Source: Basidiobolus ranarum
Lineage: Eukaryota
Reading direction: 5' to 3'
Assembly (NCBI GenBank): GCA_040143965.1
Contig: JASJQH010000074.1
Span: 1 to 33,498, forward strand
DNA: 33,498 bases
Of this stretch, positions 1 to 11,924 are shown piece after piece. The number at the start of each line of letters is the position of its first letter. Positions within the stretch are counted from its first letter, which is position 1. The notes beneath the pieces were generated by a model. The model saw nothing but the letters and a program-made list of their open reading frames with translations, did not search any database and had not been told where the DNA came from. The position numbers were made by a program, and so were the translations under genes.

Positions 1-191
1 GTGGTGCCATTTAACGAACTATGACTATCTTGAGAATTTTCGTAAGGAATAGAGGGGAATAAAACGCCGCTATCTCCCTCTTTCACAGAAGAATTTCCCT
101 TTTGATGAGACTTTGTCGCTTCATTAGTTTCCTCAAGGAGAGAGGGCGATTCGGAAGGGTATGTGCTCTTATGTTTATCCTCTGAAGTCAT
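1..191 (-). CDS. 5' part of a protein-coding gene running off the left edge; low-complexity Ser/Glu-rich N-terminus, product unknown
   Basis: ATG at 191 in AAAATATG context, open for 63 codons to the window edge (MTSEDKHKSTYPSESPSLLEETNEATKSHQKGNSSVKEGDSG...). It is absent from the ORF track because there is no stop inside the window. Confidence 0.6.
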   Translation of the reverse strand, partial: MTSEDKHKSTYPSESPSLLEETNEATKSHQKGNSSVKEGDSGVLFPSIPYENSQDSHSSLNGT

Positions 192-1275
192 ATTTTCAAT
201 TTTCTCGTCACGAATTGAAGCGTTATGTGAAGGTTCGTCAGTAAAGGAGAAAAGTGAATAAACTAATATAATTTGAATTAACAGATAGGTAGGCATTTTG
301 ATGCAATTTATCTACTAAATTTGCACAAAAACTAAACTGGCCCAACGGCGAACTTAAGCCATCATTAAAATTAATGGTAATTTTCTGGTTTATATCAATC
401 AACGAGACAGCTTATAAATTATGTATCATTGTTTCTTGATAATTGAATTTAATTAATGATCTATAAACGTTTTAGTCTATATCAGCAATAGCTATGTACT
501 TTTTCTAAATCTTAGAAAGAGATACTCTTGCCTTCCCTGTAGGCTATATATATATAAAATGCTTTATATCTACATCTCCAGAGTTTAATTTCATTTGTTT
601 CTTTTCGGGTTCAATGACTTGGGCATAATCTCAATACTCCCTCTCAACTCTGGAGTTCAACAACACAGAAACGACTCATTTTTTAATCTTATTCCGCTGG
701 ATTGGTTTCGTTATACTTATAACGACTTAAATAAGTAGTCAACAAATGATGTTACCATCTTTCTATTCAATTTGTCTTGATTAGACTTGTTCATTTGCTG
801 TTTATCCAGATTCCAGTAATGAGTAGAAGACTGTACAATTGTAAATAGATATATTGGGAATGTTGAAATTGTAGGCGCGACATAGTGAACATTCGTTTAG
901 GCTTTTGAATGACCCATCTATAAATACATACTCCGGGATATTTTCGTACTTGGTTATGGTTGATGCCTTTCGGCATGTTCGTGGAGCTCAAGAGTCATTT
1001 GAAAACTTGACATAGAATACAAAAAATGACTCATGATATATCACCCAGCCTTAACTTGACATGCTCTGGGGGGAGTTCCTAGGCACTTTAACACTTATCT
1101 TATTATTCATACAGCTGCTCACATTACAGCTACTCACATTCGATTGTATGGTTAAATAATCGATATATCGTTAATATTCCTAGCATTTATTCAGATTAAA
1201 AATTCAACTAGCGTATCTACAATCACATTAGGTCATTGGGAGATCCTCGTACTGTCCTTATATAACTTACCTTGT

Positions 1276-1349
1276 CAATTTACCAGCATATTGGTCACTG
1301 TTTACTTCAAGCCAAGTTTACTAGCATATTGGTCACTGTTTACTTCAAG
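1276..1349. repeat. Direct repeat, 27-bp identical core x2, period 38
   Basis: AGCATATTGGTCACTGTTTACTTCAAG at 1285-1311 and 1323-1349, with similar 5' flanks. Confidence 0.9.
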
Positions 1350-2052
1350 GATGGCTGGATTATTTTTGGCCACATTAAAATCTGATTTGTTACGATTATT
1401 AATCATAATCTCTTTAATATTATCAATGTTGAAATGCATGTTTAGTCACAAGAGATGAAGACGTAAGTTCACCAACAACCGAGACAGGTTCTATCGCAAT
1501 ATGTGAACGAGGCGGCTTGCAAAACTACATCGCTCAGATCCCGTAACCTCCCGTTGGACGTATGATGGGATTCTGGAAGGAATAGCTCAAAAATTCTAGA
1601 AGTTTGTCCCGATTTAATCCGAAAGCTCTTTTTGAAGTTATACAAAACAATCACCCGGAAATACCCGTCAATGCCCGTGACCTGCTACTTTCAACATGAA
1701 CCGACGATCTGTTTATATGATCTGTAGTCCATACCCGAATCCCTGGGCTCACCCTACGGAATAGGAATTTTGAGCAGAGGATATGTGACTATATGGTGTT
1801 GTGTTACCATCAGTATTTTCCTTCACCATACCACAGTAACAATCAAATATATCCAAACAAGTCATTTCTACCCTTACACTAGTTCTCTCAGTTATCGGTA
1901 ATCGTTAGCTACGAACTCCACTCCTTACGCCACGATTGCTTATCACATATGGTTGTGCATTCTTTGTTTTGTTTATTAAATAGATGAATGCGTATGTACA
2001 AATGCTATCAAGCTCTACAGTTTTTTACAGTAAATATGTGTGAATCAACCAA

Positions 2053-3696
2053 CTATTCATCGCTGTCAGGAAATGTACTAAAGCAAGATACTGCTTTTGT
2101 TAGAGCCTTCCAACAGGCCTCAGAACGTGTTAAAAACCCATAGTAAGCTATCATCTCAAGAGCCTTGTCAGTCTTGCCACTCAACTGCTCCACCACTCTA
2201 TCGAGCTCGGAAGAAACCTCCTGGTGCGCCCGTTCCAAGATACTCTTCATGTCGTCCCATTGATCATAACACTGATGCATTTTGCAATCGCGATCCAACA
2301 AGATTTCGGTAGAGCGGTGCATAACGATGAGCATTAAGCATGAGAAATCGTGCATCGTTTTGCTGGAGTAAGCAGCCAGTGTGCGCCCACTTGTTTCATT
2401 AATAGTGGCACTTCCAAGAGAGGAGCCATCATTGTTAACGTATGCTGCCGTATTCTCAGTAATAGCGCCTAGATATGTTAAAGATATGAAGGGATAAACC
2501 ATCTCTTGCATAAATTGAATGGCACATTTGTAACGACGTGCCCGTTCGAGATCGCGGCCGTGTCGATTACTCAAAAAATGAAAGGGCACCTGGATCAGAT
2601 ACTCGTTTGTTGCCATTTCAATACGCGCCATTTGCTTAGTTAGTTGCGCGATGATATCTAAACCACAATTACGTGCTTCATCCAGAGACATAATTGGAGT
2701 ATCTATATTGGTATTTTTGGTCTCGACCGGGTGAATGGATCGAGTACGGCCGATTGACAATTTTCTCCCTACTCTAGTTAACAAACCAGAAGGTGTAATG
2801 ATATCCCCTTTGTTATAAATCTCTGGAGGAATTCCAGAGAGAGAGGAATACATTTCAGCAATAGAACCCATGATCTTTCCAAGTTCCTCGCGTAAGGCAT
2901 AGCTAGCTTTTTGAGGAAATACGAACAATGAGAACAACATTCCTATTATCACTCCAGCCAGCACACAACCAATACGTCTAAAGCCTACAGCCACTACTCC
3001 GGGTTCGCCAGCTAGTATTTCATAGTAGCCATCCAGCATGACAATCTGCATGGTGATAGAGCCGATAGTACCGGCATAAGCAAACTTGGGGAATCTCTTT
3101 TTCGAGTATGCGAAGATATATGTAAAAACAAATAAACTGATTGTTAAGAATGTAGGAGCCAACCAGTGAGTGACTGAATCCGGGAAGAGCTCTGCTATTA
3201 CGATCAAGAGGATAGAGATCAGCCCACTAACAGCAGTTCCGATTGCACGAAGAGCTCCTTGTTTCAAAGAAGCACCAAAGCTATCTTGTAGCACGACAAC
3301 AATGGTAATTCCTACCCAATTGGACCCATAAATGAAGAGGGCGGGGACAAAAGTTGTCAGCGATGCGAAAAACACCGCAATAGATACTTGAAAGGCATAC
3401 TTGTTTGCATTGGATATTTTGGATGTGTACTTGTGAATGGCACTTCGAAACCGCACAAATGAATTTGGCTTCCGAGGAGTGTTACGGGCTACTGGTTTGT
3501 TTGGTACGGTCCTCATCGAGGAAGTCTTGTGCAATGGTGGTTCGACGACGACATGCTTAACGGTCGTTGGCAAGCTGATTTCATCTGCTGATGAGGAGGT
3601 TGAATGAAATATAGTCTCCGTAGGAGAGACATCTGGACTTGGTTGAACCAAAGTCTCTAGAGGTATTGTAATAGAGAGATTGGGACTATTGAGCAT
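2053..3696 (-). CDS. ALMT (aluminium-activated malate transporter)/FUSC-ArAE family membrane transporter, 547 aa, single coding exon
   Basis: Uninterrupted ORF with about 6 TM helices. WVGITIVVVLQDSFGASLKQGALRAIGT matches the ALMT WAxxTVVVV...GATLxKGxxRxxGT motif. Also YAGTIGSITMQIV and RIGCVLAGVIIG...FVFPQKA, followed by a helical cytosolic C-domain. Confidence 0.8.
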   Translation of the reverse strand: MLNSPNLSITIPLETLVQPSPDVSPTETIFHSTSSSADEISLPTTVKHVVVEPPLHKTSSMRTVPNKPVARNTPRKPNSFVRFRSAIHKYTSKISNANKYAFQVSIAVFFASLTTFVPALFIYGSNWVGITIVVVLQDSFGASLKQGALRAIGTAVSGLISILLIVIAELFPDSVTHWLAPTFLTISLFVFTYIFAYSKKRFPKFAYAGTIGSITMQIVMLDGYYEILAGEPGVVAVGFRRIGCVLAGVIIGMLFSLFVFPQKASYALREELGKIMGSIAEMYSSLSGIPPEIYNKGDIITPSGLLTRVGRKLSIGRTRSIHPVETKNTNIDTPIMSLDEARNCGLDIIAQLTKQMARIEMATNEYLIQVPFHFLSNRHGRDLERARRYKCAIQFMQEMVYPFISLTYLGAITENTAAYVNNDGSSLGSATINETSGRTLAAYSSKTMHDFSCLMLIVMHRSTEILLDRDCKMHQCYDQWDDMKSILERAHQEVSSELDRVVEQLSGKTDKALEMIAYYGFLTRSEACWKALTKAVSCFSTFPDSDE

Positions 3697-4199
3697 CTGA
3701 CAGATATATTACAGTTCCTTGATGAGGGTCTATTATTTATATGTTTGTAGCTATCTGCTTCATCTGCTTCGTCTATATCGTTTATTGTATTAGGAAAGTT
3801 CTATTAATCTAGACTGGTTGAATTAAACCACAGATTAGGAATTTTTTCACCTTAGTCTCTTCGTTCTTTTCGGATTTTTCTACCTCTCGATAATGATAGG
3901 CTACATGTTGACGAAGAAAACTCTATTTGGTTTAGGAGTCTGCACTGTTGGTAACGAAACCTAGCTCATCTCTCCATGGTGATTGTTTTGGAAACTCAGC
4001 TGGGGCAAATTACCCTGATTTCAATATCCAATAATATTAAGTCGGATTCGGATGCCCAATGAAATCTCCTCTAAAACATAGCTATTCGGTAGTTTACGGA
4101 GGGACAGCTAATTCAAGCCTAATCTCACCAAAGTATTCCCAATACTGCCCTGCCCTCTCATTTATTATCCTGACATATTACCCTTAATGAGCCTAGTTC

Positions 4200-4830
4200 A
4201 CTTCTGCTGAAAAGAATCGGCGATATACGGGATTGGATGAATAAATATATTACCTGGTATGTTCTACTAGCGCATAATATTCTGGAGCGCTGGGAGAGGT
4301 GCTGAGATGGGGCTAACCCTAACAGGGGCTGGAAGAGGTGCTGTCGTTCGTAACTCATGGTGGCGGTCGTAAAGCTGAGATGATTCCACTAAGTGCATTC
4401 ATATCAGACATAACTAGATAATGTAGACACATACAACGCCAGTATTAGAATGCTCCATCATGCTGCTTGCTCGAACTGTTTAGGCAACAAAGTTTCAGCT
4501 CATTTTGGAAAAAACAAGCTTATCTACGGTTGCTTCAGAATCTTCAACCCTTTCAAATGTTTTCACTTGTGATTTTGTCGATCGCCTATTGTTCTTTCAG
4601 TAAAATTAATATGATCGCAGTCACTGATTAATGTGCGTTCATCAAACTCTATTCCCAACAATCCACTCAGCTATACGATGAGCTTGTTTGTTTTCAACTC
4701 CATATTTAAGCTCTTTGACAGCCATGCGTGGGTAGACTGAAACGTCATGGTTTATACTTTCGCCACTGGTTGAAGCTGAATATTTGACAAGCCTTATTTG
4801 TAGTGGCAGAATTGTATTGATTGAACGATT
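4200..4830 (-). pseudogene. Probable decayed or frameshifted gene containing a ubiquitin-like (UBL) domain
   Basis: 4803 down to ~4610 translates as LQIRLVKYSASTSGESINHDVSVYPRMAVKELKYGVENKQAHRIAEWIVGNRV, then after a 1-nt frame change DERTLISDCDHINF. This parallels ubiquitin MQIFVK..TGKTITLEVEPSDTIENVK..LIFAGKQLEDGRTLSDY. Possible GT-AG introns lie at 4389-4434 and 4207-4253. No long intact frame. Confidence 0.4.
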
Positions 4831-5074
4831 GATGTGACAAATAAAGTTGCTTTCTTTATTAAGAATAGAAACATTAAATGAGTTTAAGAAACTTGCCTTG
4901 AAGCTAAAGTAGACAACAGAGTGGTATAGCAAAGTTAATAAAAACCCTTGCTTCCCATTTGTTTCCGCTGGATCTTTAACGGGAGACTCTACTTCTTTTC
5001 CACGTCACTCCATTTTAGATCCCGTTAAATACTATAGCAACCAGAGCACAGTAAGCCTTTACACTAGTTTATTC

Positions 5075-6427
5075 ATGAAGGGGAAGAAACCTGCGCATAC
5101 AAAGAAAGAAGTACTTTCACCACCTTGACTCGTTTCTTCTGTGCAGATGCTTATATTTTCTTAGGTTAGAGACTGCAACTTTGGGTCTCAGTATATTCCA
5201 GGTTTTGAGAAGCTTCACGAAACGGTAGGGTTTAACTACGACCCTGACTACGTATTACCACCAACAAGCTATGTAAATTTCTTTCCTGCGTTCGAAGAAT
5301 GTACGCGTAATGATATTGGAGCAGATATGTATCCTTCCGAGTGCGAGTATTATCGATATTTAAAGGAGACGAACATATGTAGCTCTAACGAGTCTACCTC
5401 AGTACTGCCTTTTACTGGACCTCTTTCAACTCCCAATCCTACTATGATTAGACACAACTCATTTGATCATCTGGACGTAGGAGAGCACGACTATTATCAT
5501 ATGTTCTCTGCTCCTTCAACTTCTGAATACTTTCAACCTCAACCTTATCATCCATTAGAAACCTCAGCGTTTCCCGGTAAATATTATGCTCAATGCAGTT
5601 TAGAATCTGCCTCTAACAAGACTTCGTCTAATGAAACAGACGACTCGACTGGAGGTTCTGAGCCACTGGTATCCCCATGTAGTAATGAAAATAGATCTTA
5701 TATGTATTCTTCGTTAGGTCAGGATTATATGTACCTCTATAATTTGCTACGTCTCACACTTAACCATATAACATTCTAGTTGGCAATCTGTCCCTAGAGC
5801 CTTGTTCAACATCAGAGAAGAAACAGTATAGAGGTAGATGAGAGATTTTAACTACCTTTAGTATTCATTTATAAGCATTTATTTACATTCAGATGATTTT
5901 TGTCAACGTCATATTTGCAGAGGCTAAAGTATTTAAGCCCGAGCGGAGATCTAAGAAAAAGGAGGTGGATCGCGACCCGTATAGAATCAGTCCAGTTTCG
6001 AATAGCAGCTTACTCCGACAAGCAGAAGATTCCTCCTTAGATTCAAAGCGTTGCTCAAATTGCTGCTCTACTAATAGCCCCAGTTGGCGTCGAGATAACG
6101 ATGGGAAATTGCTGCTTTGTAACGCCTGTGGGTTATAGTAAGTCTAGCGTTGACCTCCTTAAAATATTGAATCTTGTTATAATGACACATTTACCTAGTC
6201 AAAAGTTGCACAATAAGCCACGCCCTTGGTACATAGCCAGAGATGGATCCGTAAAAGTGCTGCGACCCACCACATCTCATCAGAAATGCTGGAATTGTGG
6301 AGTTACTGAGACTCCTTTGTGGAGACGAAATGATGCTGGAAAAATAGTGTGCAACGCTTGTGGTTTGTTCTTAAAACAAAATAAGGGCAACCGAAAGCCA
6401 GCCAAGAAATCCCTGACACCCACGTAA
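5075..6427 (+). CDS. GATA transcription factor with two tandem zinc fingers; exons ~5075-5110, 5165-5717, 5780-5833, 5921-6137, 6199-6427
   Basis: Finger 1 is CSNC-X18-CNAC ([30 protein letters not shown] after splicing) and finger 2 is CWNC-X17-CNAC (TETPLWRR). All introns are GT-AG and keep frame. The first exon and start codon are less certain. Confidence 0.9.
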
Positions 6428-6735
6428 GCTCCTTGTTCCTCGCTAGTTAAGAGAAATTATAGACGAGAAAATGCCTCTCAACATATAAGCCAGAATGCAA
6501 GTTCTATTTACCTATCGTTGTAGCATAAATATGTGCTTTCTAACAGGCTTTTATCGCTACATACGCCTTTTGAAAACCAGTTTTGGTTTGGTTTAGATTA
6601 TACATTTAGATTGGATGTAAATGAACAGAACCTATTTTACTTGATTGAAATTCTTATTTGTCTTTTTGTTTGGCTTCATAATAGCATCTTCTGTTATAAA
6701 TTTAATAAATGAGAGTTTCAAAAGCGGATGACGGG

Positions 6736-6748
6736 ATCACGTGATGGG
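6736..6748. promoter_or_regulatory. Palindromic E-box (ATCACGTGAT), candidate bHLH-ZIP site upstream of ATG29
   Basis: ATCACGTGATGGG 87 bp before the ATG at 6823; the identical 13-mer occurs at 22796. Confidence 0.5.
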
Positions 6749-6822
6749 GGTACGGTACTTTGATGCTCTAACAGTGCGCCTTTACTTTTACGATTTTATT
6801 AGAACCTTGGAATCGCTTCACT

Positions 6823-8159
6823 ATGGAACTTAGTTTTGAAGAACCTGACCTTCACGTTGTCATTCGAGTACCTTGGAAACGACCTTCTTCTTTTAAACCC
6901 CCTTCACAGGTACAATTCGAAAACGTGACTGGCATTATAAAAGCCAGTCATTATAAGCCCCCGCCACAAATGCAAGGCATTAAACTAGTCAAATTTACAG
7001 GTCATACGAAGCGAAGAGATAGATCATGAACTTTGGAAAGCTCTAAGTAGACAAAAAGAGGAGACCATTGATTGTAAATATTTTTTATACGATTTAGTAT
7101 TGGAGCTTTTTCAAACTAAGATTTCTTTAAGGGGAAACATTATCTAGAGAATTCAACACCACCATACCACAACTACTTCGACATTCCGCTACTTTGTATG
7201 AGAAAAAACTCCAAGAACTTACGCCAACAAGGAAACCAACAACCGAAGGTCTCAACTTTCCACCGTCTTCCAAAGATTCAAGAAGACACATGGAGTCAAA
7301 TGAAGTAGAGATCAAGTCAAATATTGAAATATCTCAAGGTAATTACCAACTGGCTAATTTGAGTTTCTATCTATATATTAATCCCTAAACAATTCACTTT
7401 TAAGATAAAAAGCACTTGGCGGCTATCCAAAAATCATATTATGACGCTCTCAAACGCAAGCAAGTTGACCCTCCAGGTAGGTTGGCATCGTTTCACGAGC
7501 AAGACACTCAAGGTAAACTCTTGCTACTCGTATCAAATATCGTTAGTACCTGTGACCAAAATAACCTATGTCGTAGGGCGAAACTCTATATCTAGCTTGG
7601 AAGCTAAGGCGCATGATGATACTCAAGAGGAGGAAGACGATTCAGAAGACGAAAATGAAGAAGTCACCGACGAGTTATTGGATGAAAGGTTAAGTAAGCT
7701 TCAAATTGGAATGCCATCTGGCCTTCAACAAAAAAGTGATAGTATGATATCGAAAGAAAGAGAAAAAGAATCAGGAAGTTCTATACATGCAGAAAAAAGT
7801 ACGAATCCAGGTAAGATAATCCATACTTGGTCAATAGTAAGAGTAACCCATTTTTATCTGAAATTTCCCCAGAACCTGACGACGAACACCATTCGGCTGG
7901 CTCCTCTTTTAGCGACTTGTCGGGTGCGTAGACTTCAAATATCCTCTACCCTTGCTTACCCTCATCACTAATACTTGTGAACTTACCAGACTCCTCCGTC
8001 ACTCAATCAGCCATGGAAGATGCATATTTGTCCAAGTTCAACCAATCGAAATTGTGAGATTTCTCTAGATCATATAATTTCCAAAACATCCACTCATATC
8101 AATTCTCCAGATCAATGGTGTCAAAAAAGAGTCAATTCTTAAGCTCCTTACTCAAATAA
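6823..8159 (+). CDS. ATG29: Autophagy-related protein 29 homolog; 8 exons (6823-6909, 7001-7073, 7132-7338, 7405-7512, ~7577-7810, ~7872-7923, ~7990-8053, 8111-8159)
   Basis: The spliced N-terminus HVVIRVPWKRPSSFKPPSQV..ELWKALSRQK..IDWETLSREFNTTIPQLLRHSATLYEKKLQEL matches the Atg29 N-terminal domain. The C-terminal GSSFSDLSDSSVTQSAMEDAYLS matches the filamentous-fungal Atg29 motif SSFSDLxDxSVTQSALEEA. An alternative stop lies at 8057 if the last intron is retained. Confidence 0.8.
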
Positions 8160-8210
8160 TTTCTTTACTGAAACCGGGATTTCATTTACGGCTTTCTCCA
8201 GAACGTTGAG

Positions 8211-8237
8211 AGTATTCCTAGCATAGTATTCCTAGCA
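8211..8237. repeat. Tandem 13-bp duplication AGTATTCCTAGCA x2
   Basis: Copies at 8211-8223 and 8225-8237; reverse-complement core GCTAGGAATA at 8368. Confidence 0.8.
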
Positions 8238-8558
8238 ATTCTGGGAATGAATGGGGCAATCTAAGATTAATTCTAAACAGGTTTTGTGCGCATAAGAACA
8301 ATAAAACAAAGCAGAAATCTGAATCAAGATCAGGTGGATATATATCATTATATGGTTAGGGACATTGGCTAGGAATATTGCTTAGGAACATCGTATCATA
8401 GGTTGTATCAGTAGGATTGACTCTGGAGCATTGGTGTCATTTGAATTAACCATTCAAGGATTAACCATTCAATCCCACCTCACCTGAGCTATATCATATC
8501 TGAACTGCGCTATTAGAAACCTTTTCACATCGACTAACTCTAAAGGCTTCGTCCTCAG

Positions 8559-9116
8559 ATGAATGCATTCAAGTTTGAGGTATTTCCAGTTACCATACAT
8601 GTGACCTCACTCGCTAAAGAACAGTTGTGCTTATTCATAGGACAAGGTGAGTCTTGTGGACTACTCCACCTTTGGCCAAATATTAGGGATGGACGATAAC
8701 GAAGAAAGAGAGTTTTCAAGGTCTATTGTCTACAATTATTTTCGACAGGCTAGAGCTACTTTTCGAAAAATGGAGTCTTCTTTGCAAGTTAACTGTAATA
8801 TCCATCACTCCTCCCTCTTATCACTAATATTTGATCCAAGAATAGGAGGCGAAAGGATATCCAGGCTCTATCTCAGCTTAGCCACTATCTTAAAGGAAGC
8901 TCCGCTGCGTTAGGCTTACAGAAAGTGGAAATACTTTGTGAAGAGATACAATTCTATGGCAGTAAAATTAAGAACATCGATGATTCTTCTTTCGATAAAT
9001 CCTTAGAATCAATCCATCTGCTACTAGAGCAGCTAAAAGATGAACATGCAAAGGTTGAGTGCTACCTAAAGAATTTTTATGCAGAAAAGAGGTCGTTGAA
9101 TGAACCATTCATATAG
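8559..9116 (+). CDS. YPD1: Histidine phosphotransfer (HPt) protein, Ypd1/Mpr1-like; exons 8559-8579, 8641-8783, 8846-9116
   Basis: VDYSTFGQILGMDD..EREFSRSIVYNYFRQARATFRKMESSL-RRKDIQALSQLSHYLKGSSAALGLQKVEILCEEIQFYG carries the HPt signature HxLKGSS with the phosphoacceptor His. The second intron is best modelled as GC-AG. Confidence 0.9.
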
Positions 9117-9396
9117 GGCCACAATATTTGCCTTTGTTCTCAGGAGAAACCTACTTTCGACAAACCCCTTGCTGACCACTCGCAACCTTCAACCACGTTT
9201 AATGCGGGTGTGATTCACTCCCTTACTTCTTCCCATTGAATTTCTTACACAACACCTGCAAGTAAAGATGATGGTTCTGATGCAAGGGTTGATGCTTTCA
9301 TGCTAAAAACTAGGTTTTTTATTGTGGACAATAAAAATAGTGATACAGTTAGGAGTAAGATAGAAAATTTACAGTAGTTCTCTAGTAAGTGCTGAT

Positions 9397-11924
<2,528 letters not shown>

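Noticed and set aside
1285..1349. 27-bp direct repeats with a short spacer resembling a CRISPR unit
   Set aside because: Only two copies with an 11-nt spacer, in a eukaryotic context with no cas genes; a simple tandem duplication.
4290..4304. CTGGGAGAGGTGCTG resembles human TERC sequence 5' of the template; CCCTAACTGAAGAAGGG at ~22184 resembles the 3' side
   Set aside because: These TERC segments are poorly conserved even among vertebrates, so short matches are most likely chance. They were not used as evidence.
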